64,000 nucleotides of DNA from an uncultured Erysipelotrichaceae bacterium. GTDB taxonomy: Bacteria > Bacillota_I > Bacilli_A > RF39 > UBA660. Positions 9,059 to 18,277 of this stretch are shown here, piece by piece. A model generated the notes under the pieces. The model ran no database searches. It saw only the letters and a program-made list of their open reading frames with translations, and had not been told where the DNA came from. Each line of letters opens with the position of its first letter. The first letter of the stretch is position 1. The stretch is from assembly GCA_902793375.1 (NCBI GenBank), contig CADBDE010000001.1:157807-221806 (forward strand), in the 5' to 3' direction. The position numbers were made by a program, and so were the translations under genes.

Positions 9059-10077
9059 TGAAGAATACTAAGAGAAATACAATTATATTATTAATAATAT
9101 GCATGATTGTATTGTATTTTGTAGTTAAAGATGACTTTGCAAATATAATGGATAATTTAATATTGGCTAACAAATGGTTAATATTATTGAGCGTGTTGTT
9201 AATTGTTGGTTATTGGCTTTTGAGATCATTAGCTCTTTTTATTGTTGTAAAAAAATATAAAAAGAATATAAAATATTCAAAAATGTTGCATCAAATTCTT
9301 ATAACACAATTTTTTAATGGAATTACGCCATTTGCTACTGGTGGAGAACCAATGCAGGTGTATATGCTTAAAAAAAGTGGAGTAAAAGTTGCACAAGCTA
9401 CAAATATAATAGTTCAAGAGTTTATTATGTATCAAATGGCACTTGTTTTAATGGGAGTAGTATGTTTAATACTAAATTTTATATTTAATATATGCGAAGT
9501 TTCTCCTTTTTTAGCAAATCTTATTATACTTGGTTTCATAATAAATATTGCAATTGGATTAGTATGCATATTTGTAAGTTTTTCAAAAAGATTTAGTAAA
9601 TTTGTTGTAAAAATAAGTTTAAAAATTGGAACTAAGTTAAAACTAATAAAGAATGTGGAAAAAACAACAGAAGTATGGAATGAAAAAGTAGAAGAATATA
9701 ATGAAAGTGGAACAATGTTGAAAGAAAATAAGAATTTGTTTTTTACTTGTGTATTAATAAACTTTGCAGCTTTATTTACACTTTATTTAATACCATATTT
9801 TGTATTCTTAAGTTTAGGTTACCATGTTGGACTAATGGAGGTTATAGTGTCTTCTGCATTTATCTTATTAGTTGGAAACTTTGTACCAATACCTGGAGGT
9901 AGTGGGGGAATTGAATTTGCATTCTTGGAATTCTTTAAATATTCATTACCTGATATTGATGAAAGAAGTGCAATACTTAAATCAGCACTTATTGTTTGGA
10001 GAGGAATAACTTACTTTTTAGGAATAATAGTAGGTGGGGTTGCATTTGGATTATTTAAAGGAGATGAAAATAAATGA
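9058..10077 (+). CDS. Flippase-like / lysyl-phosphatidylglycerol-synthase-TM-region family (UPF0104) integral membrane protein
   Basis: 339 aa with ~8 predicted TM helices and the characteristic GGEPMQVYML and PIPGGSGGIEFAF motifs; ATG overlaps the pgk stop (taATGa). Confidence 0.7.
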   Translation: MKNTKRNTIILLIICMIVLYFVVKDDFANIMDNLILANKWLILLSVLLIVGYWLLRSLALFIVVKKYKKNIKYSKMLHQILITQFFNGITPFATGGEPMQVYMLKKSGVKVAQATNIIVQEFIMYQMALVLMGVVCLILNFIFNICEVSPFLANLIILGFIINIAIGLVCIFVSFSKRFSKFVVKISLKIGTKLKLIKNVEKTTEVWNEKVEEYNESGTMLKENKNLFFTCVLINFAALFTLYLIPYFVFLSLGYHVGLMEVIVSSAFILLVGNFVPIPGGSGGIEFAFLEFFKYSLPDIDERSAILKSALIVWRGITYFLGIIVGGVAFGLFKGDENK

Positions 10078-11348
10078 GAATAGGATTATTCACTGATACC
10101 TATCCTCCATTTATAAATGGAGTATCTACTAGTGTCTTTATGCTAAAAAAAGCCCTTGAAAGACAAGGACATCAAGTTTTTGTTGTTACAATGAATAATG
10201 AAACATTTCATTATGGATTTGATGAGGATGATACAGTTGTAAGAATACCTGGACTTCCTATTGGAATCTATGACTATCGTGTGTCTACAATTTATCCGCT
10301 AAAAGCTGTTAATATAATTAGAAAGTGGAAATTAGATGTAATACACTCTCATACTGAGTTTAGTGTAGGAACATTTGCAAGATTTATTTCAAGACAATTT
10401 AATATTCCACTTGTACACACATATCATACTTTGTATGAAGATTATGTATACTATATTACTAAAGGATATTTTGATAAACCTAGTAAAAAAATTGTTGAAT
10501 ATTTAACTCAGTTTTATTGTGATAAAACTGCTAATGAATTAATTGTTCCAACTAAAAAAATATATGATTTAATAAAAGAAAAATATAATGTAGATAAAAA
10601 TATTTATATTATACCAACTGGAATAGAAGTAGATAGATTCTATTCAGAAAATGTTAAGTCAAAAGATGTTGAAGTATTAAGAAAAAAATTGGATATTTCT
10701 AAAAAAGATTTTACTATTATATTTGTTGGTAGAATGGCAAAAGAAAAGAATGTTGATTTACTTTTATCTGCTCAAAAGAAAATTAATGATAAAGATAAAA
10801 ATGTTAAACTTCTTATGGTTGGAGATGGGCCTGATTTAGATGAATATAAAGAAACTGCAAGGAAACTTGGAATTGAAAAAAATGTAATTTTTGCTGGTAA
10901 AGTTCCTTGGGAGGATGTTCCAAAATATTATCATTTAGCTGATGTATTTGCAACTGCTTCTACTAGTGAAACACAAGGACTAACTGTTATTGAAGCAATG
11001 GCTGCATCTATTGCACCAATATGTATAAATGATGAAAGCTTTAGAAATACAGTAGTAGATGGATACAATGGTGAAATATTTAAAGATGAAGATGAATATG
11101 TATATGTAATAAATGATTTAAAGTCAAACAAGAAAAAACTTGAATTGCTTCAAAAACAAGCTAGATTAAATGCAGAAATTCATAGTTCTAAATATTATGG
11201 AGAACGTGTTGAATCAGTTTATAAACATGCAATAGAAAACAAGAAATATGATAATTATGGAGTAATAGGAAAACTTGTTGGAAGAATAAAGAATAGGGAG
11301 AAGAAAGATGAAACTAGTAGTAGGAAATCAAAAAACATATCTAAATAG
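10074..11348 (+). CDS. GT4-family glycosyltransferase, alpha-monoglucosyl-diacylglycerol-synthase-like (1,2-diacylglycerol 3-glucosyltransferase-like)
   Basis: N-terminus MRIGLFTDTYPPFINGVSTSV is typical of alMGS/GT4 lipid glycosyltransferases; C-terminal GT4 EX7E region (TSETQGLTVIEAMA); 4-nt overlap with the flippase-like gene. Confidence 0.75.
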   Translation: MRIGLFTDTYPPFINGVSTSVFMLKKALERQGHQVFVVTMNNETFHYGFDEDDTVVRIPGLPIGIYDYRVSTIYPLKAVNIIRKWKLDVIHSHTEFSVGTFARFISRQFNIPLVHTYHTLYEDYVYYITKGYFDKPSKKIVEYLTQFYCDKTANELIVPTKKIYDLIKEKYNVDKNIYIIPTGIEVDRFYSENVKSKDVEVLRKKLDISKKDFTIIFVGRMAKEKNVDLLLSAQKKINDKDKNVKLLMVGDGPDLDEYKETARKLGIEKNVIFAGKVPWEDVPKYYHLADVFATASTSETQGLTVIEAMAASIAPICINDESFRNTVVDGYNGEIFKDEDEYVYVINDLKSNKKKLELLQKQARLNAEIHSSKYYGERVESVYKHAIENKKYDNYGVIGKLVGRIKNREKKDETSSRKSKNISK

Positions 11349-12027
11349 ACAAGATGTTGTTAATTTTATTAATAAGACTAGAGAAGGTCATTGTGAAAAT
11401 GTAATTATATGTGCTAGTTTTCCATATATTGATTTATATATAGAAGATTCAAATTATATAATTGGTGCACAAAATGTTTCTGTCAAAGGGAATGGTGCAT
11501 CAACTGGGGAAATAAGTGCAGAACAGTTAAATTCTTTAGGAGTTTCTTATTCAATTGTCGCTCATTCTGAAAGAAGAAGTGATAATAAAGAAACTAGTGA
11601 AATGTTTGTAGACAAAATTAATAACTTAGTTAAATATGATATTAGACCAATATTTTGTATTGGAGAAAATCTAGATCAAAGAGAAGCAAATACTACAAAG
11701 GATATTGTTGGAAGACAAATTATAGAAGTATTTGATAAATTAAATAAAGAGGATTTGGAAAAGATAGTAGTAGCTTATGAACCAGTATGGGCAATTGGTA
11801 CAGGAAAAGTTCCAACAAATGATGAAATTGAAGATATGACAAATTATATTAAAGATTTAATTCAAGATAAATATGGAGCTCGTGTACTTGTTCTTTATGG
11901 TGGAAGTGTTAATGAGAAGAATATTGATGAATTAAATCAAATAGAAACAGTAGATGGTTATTTAATAGGAGGAGCTAGTACAAAACCAGACGAATTCCTA
12001 TATATAATGAGCAAATGTGAGAAATAG
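11308..12027 (+). CDS. tpiA: Triose-phosphate isomerase (N-terminal GNQKTY instead of the canonical GNWKM)
   Basis: AHSERR, AYEPVWAIGTGK and YGGSV motifs are present; the start overlaps the GT4 gene end by 41 nt. Confidence 0.9.
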   Translation: MKLVVGNQKTYLNRQDVVNFINKTREGHCENVIICASFPYIDLYIEDSNYIIGAQNVSVKGNGASTGEISAEQLNSLGVSYSIVAHSERRSDNKETSEMFVDKINNLVKYDIRPIFCIGENLDQREANTTKDIVGRQIIEVFDKLNKEDLEKIVVAYEPVWAIGTGKVPTNDEIEDMTNYIKDLIQDKYGARVLVLYGGSVNEKNIDELNQIETVDGYLIGGASTKPDEFLYIMSKCEK

Positions 12028-12045
12028 TTGTATAAATTTATAAAA

Positions 12046-12052
12046 TTCGACA
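12046..12052 (-). promoter_or_regulatory. Spo0A box (TGTCGAA on the minus strand) ~95 nt upstream of spo0A
   Basis: ttcgaca is the exact reverse complement of the 0A-box consensus TGTCGAA; position is consistent with spo0A autoregulation. Confidence 0.45.
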
Positions 12053-12145
12053 AAACTTTACATAACTAGCTAATATTTGCTATGTACTTTAATTTTATCC
12101 TTAACTATAATAATAATTGCGTGCAGGAAAAAGAAAGGATAAAAA

Positions 12146-12913
12146 ATGAATAACATTAAAGTGCTTGTAGTTGATGATAATCAAGATTTGGTTAATGAAA
12201 TTAAGAAGTATTTTAGTGATCACGCAAATATCAATGTATCTTTAGAAGCCAATGATGGCGTTGAGGCTCTAAAATTGATTAAGGAGTATCAAAGTGATTA
12301 CGACGTAGTAATTTTAGATTTAGTAATGCCAAAAAAAGATGGATTAGATGTTTTAGAAGAAACGAAAGGATTAAATCTTAATAAAAAGATTATAGTAATT
12401 TCTTCATATAATTCAGATGAAATGATTAGAAAAGTTTCTAATTATGGAATTGATTATTTTATAGTAAAACCTTTTGATATGTCTAATTTAGAAAAGAAGA
12501 TATTAAATTGTTTTGACTATAAAAAGAATAATAAAATAGTAGATATATTTCATAATAATTTACAAATATCTGTAACAAGAATATTACATGAATTAGGAGT
12601 TCCTTCACATATTAAGGGATATCAGTATATTAGAGAAGGTATAATGTTAATATATGATAATCCAGAGTTTATTGGAGGAATAACAAAAGCTTTATATCCT
12701 GATATTGCTAGGACTTTTGATACAACAGTATCAAGAGTGGAACGTGCGATAAGACATGCAATAGAAGTAAGTTGGAATAGAGGAAATTGGGATCTTATGG
12801 AAGAAATATTTGGACATAGTGTAGATATTGATAAAGCAAAACCGACTAATTCAGAATTTATTGTAACTGTTGCAGACAAGCTAAGATTAGATTATTGTAA
12901 AAATGTAATATAA
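12146..12913 (+). CDS. spo0A: Sporulation master regulator Spo0A (response-regulator receiver + Spo0A_C DNA-binding domain)
   Basis: Receiver residues ([22 protein letters not shown]) and the diagnostic C-terminal segment [12 protein letters not shown]...[34 protein letters not shown]...KPTNSEFI. Confidence 0.9.
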   Translation: MNNIKVLVVDDNQDLVNEIKKYFSDHANINVSLEANDGVEALKLIKEYQSDYDVVILDLVMPKKDGLDVLEETKGLNLNKKIIVISSYNSDEMIRKVSNYGIDYFIVKPFDMSNLEKKILNCFDYKKNNKIVDIFHNNLQISVTRILHELGVPSHIKGYQYIREGIMLIYDNPEFIGGITKALYPDIARTFDTTVSRVERAIRHAIEVSWNRGNWDLMEEIFGHSVDIDKAKPTNSEFIVTVADKLRLDYCKNVI

Positions 12914-12926
12914 CTTGGAGGTATTT

Positions 12927-13523
12927 ATGCTAGTAAATGAATATGGTGAGCAACTTGATGGATATGGTAGAACAGAAAAAGAAATCTATGAATCACTAGA
13001 GGATGATTTTGAAATACCAAAAGATTTTGAAAATGCCAGTGATGAAGATGATTTAAAATTAGATTTCTATTTTATGGAAGATGATGCTAATGAATTATTA
13101 GCTAATATTGGATTAGAGCAAAATATGGATTTTTTAGAATATCCAAGAGCGCAATTATTAAGAATATTTAGATATTATCATGCAAAATCAGAAAAGGTTG
13201 TTAATGGGAAAAAAGAATATGTTGATCCTTTTCCAAATTATAAAGCTGAAAACGAATCTTTTGAAAAAGAAATGTTTAAGTTTGGATATCTTTTAGGAAA
13301 AGAAGGAAAAGTAGGCATTTATTATAGACTTCTTCCAAATTTTCAATTTAGAAGAGGATATTGGGTTGGAAAAATGGAAAGATATGTTGAATTAAATGAT
13401 GATAATGTTTTACGTGAATTAAGTAAAGAGATAAAAATTTATGATGCTTTAAAAGCTGATGAAGAAATGGGATTCATAGTTGATAATATTTTTAAGGAAG
13501 ATGAAAAAGAAAAAACAAGATAA
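12927..13523 (+). CDS. hypothetical acidic protein (~198 aa) co-transcribed with spo0A
   Basis: ORF begins 14 nt after the spo0A stop with a GGAGG RBS; no recognisable domain; the terminator follows. Confidence 0.6.
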   Translation: MLVNEYGEQLDGYGRTEKEIYESLEDDFEIPKDFENASDEDDLKLDFYFMEDDANELLANIGLEQNMDFLEYPRAQLLRIFRYYHAKSEKVVNGKKEYVDPFPNYKAENESFEKEMFKFGYLLGKEGKVGIYYRLLPNFQFRRGYWVGKMERYVELNDDNVLRELSKEIKIYDALKADEEMGFIVDNIFKEDEKEKTR

Positions 13524-13558
13524 ACTGAGAATAGACTCAGTTTTATTTTTTTTATAAA
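13523..13558 (+). terminator. Rho-independent terminator ending the spo0A-ORF198 unit
   Basis: aactgag-aataga-ctcagtt followed by ttttatttttttt. Confidence 0.8.
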
Positions 13559-13624
13559 TAAAATAAGTTAAACTTGTTTTTGATAGAGAAAAAAACTATA
13601 ATTATATTAGAGAGTTGGTGTCAT

Positions 13625-15265
13625 ATGAATAATAAGAATATAAACAATTCAAATAAAGATGTAATTAAGGCAATTATTATTTGTATTTTATTTTTTGTAG
13701 GATTTAATATACTAATAGTTATAGAACAAGAATCAAGAAATAAAGGTAGTGATTCTTCAAGATATACTTATAATGATAGTGTTTTTAGTATTATTACTAC
13801 TCCTGAGAATAAAGTATTAGAAGATACTATAAAAGATTATGCTGATAAAAATGATTTTGATGTAGAAATTGTTTATGCAGATAATCTAGAAATTGTTGAT
13901 AAACTAAATAGTGGAGAAAAATATGATGCAATATGGGCATCAAATTCTATATGGCTTGATTTAGTAGATTCAACAGTAAAAACAAGTAACTTAAAATCAA
14001 CTAATATTACTCCAATTGTATTTGGAATTAAGAAAAGTGTTGCAGAAAGACTTAATTTAATTAATAGAGATGTTACGATGCAAGATTTACTTTCTCTAAT
14101 TAAAAACGGAGAATTAAAATTTAGTATGGCTAACCCTATCATGACAAATAGTGGGGCTTCAGCATATTTTAATATTTTATCAACTTTAGCAGGGAACCCA
14201 GAAGTGTTAACTTTGGATCATTTAAAAGACGAAACTTTAAGAAGTAATTTAAAAGCTTTTTTTAAAGGACTAGAGAGAACATCAGGAGATGAAGACTTTT
14301 TAGAAGAATCATTTATAAATGGTGATTATAATGCCGCAGTTACTTATGAATCATCAATAATTAATATTAATAAGAAATTAGAAGCAGAGAATAAAGAAAT
14401 ACTATACGTAATATATCCTGTTGATGGAGTAACATTTTCTGATTCACCACTTGTATTTGTAAATAATGGATATGATGATAAGAAAAAAACATTCTTAGAA
14501 TTTCAATCTTTTATTCTTGATAAAGAAGGACAAAATGAACTTGCTTCTTTAGGAAGAAGAACTTGGTATGGTGGAGTAACTGATAAAGCAGATTCTAATT
14601 TGTTTAAAAAAGAATGGGGAATAGATACTACAAAGTATGTATCATCTGTTAAATATCCAAGTAAAGAAGTAATTAAAGAAGCTTTAAGATTATATCAAGA
14701 AGAATTAAGAAAACCAATTCATGTTGTATTTTGTTTAGATTATTCAGGTAGTATGTCAGGACAGGGAATTGAAGAGTTAAGAGCAGCTACAAATTTTATA
14801 TTTGGAGAATCTGCAAAAAGTAGTATGATTCAATTTTCTCGTTATGATAAGATTGATGTAATATTATTTAATGACAGCATATCATTTTTGAGTAAAGATG
14901 GTGAACAAATAACAGGAGAAAATGTTCAGCTATATACTGATTACTTAAATCGTACTTATCCAGGAGGATCTACAGCACTTTATCCGGCAGTTGCTGAAGC
15001 TTTAAAAAAATTAAAAGAAGAAATAAATGATGAATATAATTTATCTGTAATAGTTATGACTGATGGTGAAGGAAATGTTGGATCTTATTATGAAGTATCA
15101 AATGTATATAAAACACTAACTAAGGAAATTCCAATTTATTCAATAACATTTGCGGACGCTGATGATTCTCAATTAAGTTTACTAGCTTCACTAAGTAATG
15201 GGAAAGTATTTGATGGAAGAAAAGATTTATTAAAAGCATTTAAAACAGTAAGAGGATATAATTAG
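13625..15265 (+). CDS. Membrane-anchored fusion protein: N-terminal TM helix, periplasmic-binding-protein-like (SBP-like) domain, and C-terminal von Willebrand factor A (vWA) domain
   Basis: TM anchor AIIICILFFVGFNILIV; the SBP-like region is paralogous to ORF 15892-17091; vWA MIDAS motif VVFCLDYSGSMSG...VIVMTDGEGN. Confidence 0.7.
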   Translation: MNNKNINNSNKDVIKAIIICILFFVGFNILIVIEQESRNKGSDSSRYTYNDSVFSIITTPENKVLEDTIKDYADKNDFDVEIVYADNLEIVDKLNSGEKYDAIWASNSIWLDLVDSTVKTSNLKSTNITPIVFGIKKSVAERLNLINRDVTMQDLLSLIKNGELKFSMANPIMTNSGASAYFNILSTLAGNPEVLTLDHLKDETLRSNLKAFFKGLERTSGDEDFLEESFINGDYNAAVTYESSIININKKLEAENKEILYVIYPVDGVTFSDSPLVFVNNGYDDKKKTFLEFQSFILDKEGQNELASLGRRTWYGGVTDKADSNLFKKEWGIDTTKYVSSVKYPSKEVIKEALRLYQEELRKPIHVVFCLDYSGSMSGQGIEELRAATNFIFGESAKSSMIQFSRYDKIDVILFNDSISFLSKDGEQITGENVQLYTDYLNRTYPGGSTALYPAVAEALKKLKEEINDEYNLSVIVMTDGEGNVGSYYEVSNVYKTLTKEIPIYSITFADADDSQLSLLASLSNGKVFDGRKDLLKAFKTVRGYN

Positions 15266-15272
15266 GTGATTT

Positions 15273-15899
15273 ATGAAGAATAAAGAGATTGTATCTGGTT
15301 TAATTGGAGCGTCGTTCTTTGCGATTGGTTATTTAGGATTATCTATTGCAGCACTTCCTGCTCTTGCTGTTGGTACAGGAGCTTATGTTGCAAGTGAACT
15401 TCTTCTAAGTGGTAAAAAAGATATGGAAGAAGAATTTGGGACAATACCATTATCAAAAAGAATTGAAAAGGCAAGAAAAGACAATAAACATATAAGTGAT
15501 TTAATTAAGGAAATAGAAGATGAAGAATTACAAAAATATTTAAATGATATAAGTAATTCTTCTACTAAAATAATTAATACCATAGAAAAAAATAAGATTG
15601 ATAATAAAACATCTAATAAATTTATGGACTATTATCTTCCTGTTTGTGTTAATATATTAGATAGATATGATGACATAGAAAATCAAAAATTAACTTCAAA
15701 AGATAGTAAGAAGTTTATGGATAATAGTCACAAGATTATAAAAGAAACGTCTCTAGCATTCAAAAAAATATTAAATAGTTTGTATCAAAATGATATTGAG
15801 AATAATGAAGCAGAAATGAAAGTATATAATCAAATGTTAAAATCAGATGGTTATAATGCTAGTGAGATAGATGTGAAAGATGGTGATGAAGATGAATAA
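15273..15899 (+). CDS. XpaC-like (5-bromo-4-chloroindolyl-phosphate-hydrolysis-family) membrane protein
   Basis: ~208 aa with two N-terminal TM helices then a helical soluble region, the size and topology of B. subtilis XpaC; immediately upstream of a TelA-like gene as in the Bacillus xpaC-yaaN pair; AGGTGA RBS. Confidence 0.5.
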   Translation: MKNKEIVSGLIGASFFAIGYLGLSIAALPALAVGTGAYVASELLLSGKKDMEEEFGTIPLSKRIEKARKDNKHISDLIKEIEDEELQKYLNDISNSSTKIINTIEKNKIDNKTSNKFMDYYLPVCVNILDRYDDIENQKLTSKDSKKFMDNSHKIIKETSLAFKKILNSLYQNDIENNEAEMKVYNQMLKSDGYNASEIDVKDGDEDE

Positions 15900-17091
15900 A
15901 AAACAAATAATAGGTATATTAATATTTGTAGTATTAGTAGGAGTAATAATTGGAATAAAGGCTTGCTCTTCTGGAGAATCTGGTGGGATATTTAGTGGAC
16001 CATTAACAGATGTTTATGTTGCTACAGGTGGTGGAAAAGAAGATTTTTTAGCAGATGAGGAAGTTATTAAAATATTAAAGGACAAATATAAACTTAATGT
16101 TGTATATGATACTTGGAGTAATGGTAAAACAATTACTTGGCCATTAATAAGAGAAAAAGTTGGCGAAGGAAATAAAGATATAGTTAGTAGAATGTCTAAT
16201 GGAGAAGAATTTACTATTAAGTCAGTTGGAGTATCTACATATGATGCTTTATTCACTTCTGATCAAAGATTTTATGATTATTACAAATTATTTCCAAATA
16301 AAGATAATAACGAGTCTGATAGATATACTGTATTAGATGGAGGATTAACCCTTAATACACCAATAGTGATTTATAGTTGGGGACCTGTTGTAGATTCTTT
16401 AATAAAAGAAAATATAGTAACAGAAGAAAATGGAGTATACTTCATATCAGATATGGATAAATTAATGAATTACATTTTAATTAGTAAAAAGTGGAAAGAT
16501 GTTGGTTTAACAGATTTATATGGAAGTATTAATATTGCTTCAACCGATCCAGTGTCATCTTCTCCTGGTGCTACTTACTATGGTCTATTACTTGCAATTT
16601 TGTCAGGAGGAGAAGTAACAACAGACAATATTCAAAATAATCTACCTAAGTTGAAAGACTTTTATATTAAGTCAGGATATATGAATAACACACCAGCTGA
16701 CTTGTTTGAAAGATATTTAAAAACAGGTATGGGTGGAAATGCAATGATTGTTGATTATGAAAAAAGTATTATCGATTTTGCAAACTCTAATCCAAATGGT
16801 TTTGAACAGGTAAAAGATAGCATAAGGATTCTTTATCCAAAACCAACTATTTGGAATAGTCACTGCTTTGCAGCATTTACAGAAAATGGTAAAAAGTTAT
16901 TAGAGGCATATAATGATCCAGAAATACAAAAAATAGCATGGGAAAAATATGGATTTAGAACAGGTATTACTGGTGGAAGTTATGATGTTTCAAAACTTGG
17001 ACTTGGAATACCAAAAGAAATAACAAGTACAGTAACATCTTTAAAGATGGATACATATAATGAATTAATAAATTATTTGAAGGGAAATTAG
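15892..17091 (+). CDS. Membrane-anchored periplasmic-binding-protein-like (SBP-like) protein, paralogous to the N-terminal domain of the vWA fusion protein
   Basis: N-terminal TM/signal segment (IIGILIFVVLVGVIIGIKACSS); similar to 13625-15265 (VYDTWSNGKTITWPLI vs YDAIWASNSIWLDL); the start overlaps the XpaC-like stop. Confidence 0.6.
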   Translation: MNKKQIIGILIFVVLVGVIIGIKACSSGESGGIFSGPLTDVYVATGGGKEDFLADEEVIKILKDKYKLNVVYDTWSNGKTITWPLIREKVGEGNKDIVSRMSNGEEFTIKSVGVSTYDALFTSDQRFYDYYKLFPNKDNNESDRYTVLDGGLTLNTPIVIYSWGPVVDSLIKENIVTEENGVYFISDMDKLMNYILISKKWKDVGLTDLYGSINIASTDPVSSSPGATYYGLLLAILSGGEVTTDNIQNNLPKLKDFYIKSGYMNNTPADLFERYLKTGMGGNAMIVDYEKSIIDFANSNPNGFEQVKDSIRILYPKPTIWNSHCFAAFTENGKKLLEAYNDPEIQKIAWEKYGFRTGITGGSYDVSKLGLGIPKEITSTVTSLKMDTYNELINYLKGN

Positions 17092-17095
17092 AATT

Positions 17096-18250
17096 ATGGA
17101 ATTAAAAGTTGAAAAAATGGAACAAAAAGAATTAGAAAAGTTGGCAGATATTAAAGATGTTGGAAATGAAAAAGAAATTGAATCATCTTTAAATTATGAT
17201 ACTCTAACTGCAGATGAGAAAAAAGCAATTGACAAATTTAATAAAGAAATTGATATTAATGATCAAACTCAAGTAATTCAATTTGGTAATGCTGCCCAGG
17301 AAAATATTTCTAAATTTAGTGATTCAGTACTTGAAAAAGTAAGAACTAAAGATGCTGGAGAAACGGGTGAATTATTAAGTGAATTAGTATCAGAAATTAA
17401 ATCATTTGATAAAGCAGTAGATGATTCTACTAAACTTAGTTTTTTAGAAAAAATATTTTCTAGTGCTAAAAAGAAATTTGATAAATTGATTGCAAAATAT
17501 AATAAGATTGAAAACAATATTTCAACAATTGAAAAAGGTTTAGAAAAAGATAAACTTTTAATGTTAAAAGATATTAACATTTATGACAATATGTATCAAA
17601 AGAACTTAGAATATTTTAAAGAAGTATCTTTATATATAATTGCAGGAGAAAGAAAAATTGAAGAATTAAAAAATAATGATTTAGTTAAATTAAAAGAAAA
17701 AGCTGCTAAATCAAAAGATCAACTAGATGCACAAAAAGTAAATGACTTGGAAAATGCAATTAATAGATTAGAAAAGAAAATATATGATTTAAAAACAACT
17801 CGTGTTATATCTCTTCAAATGGCTCCTCAAATAAGATTATTACAAAATAATGATGCAGCACTTGTTGAAAAAATTCAAAGTTCAATGACAAATACAATTC
17901 CATTATGGAAGAATCAAATGGTTTTAGCCCTTGGTATAAATCATTCAAAAACTGCTTTAAAACATCAACAAGAAATATCTAAAGTTACTAATGATATGTT
18001 AAAGAAAAATAGTGAAACTTTGAAACAAGGATCTATTAAAGTTGCAGAAGAAAGTGAAAAAGCTATCGTTGATGTTGAAACTCTTAAGAAAACAAATCAA
18101 GATATTATTGAAACTCTAGATAAGATTATAGAAATTCATGAACAAGGAAAAGTTAAACGTGCTGAATCTACTAAAGAACTTGAAAATATTGAAAAAGAAT
18201 TAAGAGAGAAAATGTTAGAAATTAAACAAGATAAAAAGGATAGTGAATAA
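17096..18250 (+). CDS. TelA/YaaN-like toxic-anion-resistance family protein
   Basis: 384 aa coiled/helical protein with a TelA-family N-terminal region (LTADEKKAIDKFNKEIDINDQTQVIQFGNAAQENISKFSDSVL) and matching length and composition. Confidence 0.7.
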   Translation: MELKVEKMEQKELEKLADIKDVGNEKEIESSLNYDTLTADEKKAIDKFNKEIDINDQTQVIQFGNAAQENISKFSDSVLEKVRTKDAGETGELLSELVSEIKSFDKAVDDSTKLSFLEKIFSSAKKKFDKLIAKYNKIENNISTIEKGLEKDKLLMLKDINIYDNMYQKNLEYFKEVSLYIIAGERKIEELKNNDLVKLKEKAAKSKDQLDAQKVNDLENAINRLEKKIYDLKTTRVISLQMAPQIRLLQNNDAALVEKIQSSMTNTIPLWKNQMVLALGINHSKTALKHQQEISKVTNDMLKKNSETLKQGSIKVAEESEKAIVDVETLKKTNQDIIETLDKIIEIHEQGKVKRAESTKELENIEKELREKMLEIKQDKKDSE

Positions 18251-18277
18251 TCCTTTTTTTCTAATTAAGAGGTATTT

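Noticed and set aside
12100-12145. A sigma-H-type promoter for spo0A (AGGAAAA ... GAAT)
   Set aside because: The only -35/-10-like match would place the transcript start inside the start codon. It is more likely the RBS region.
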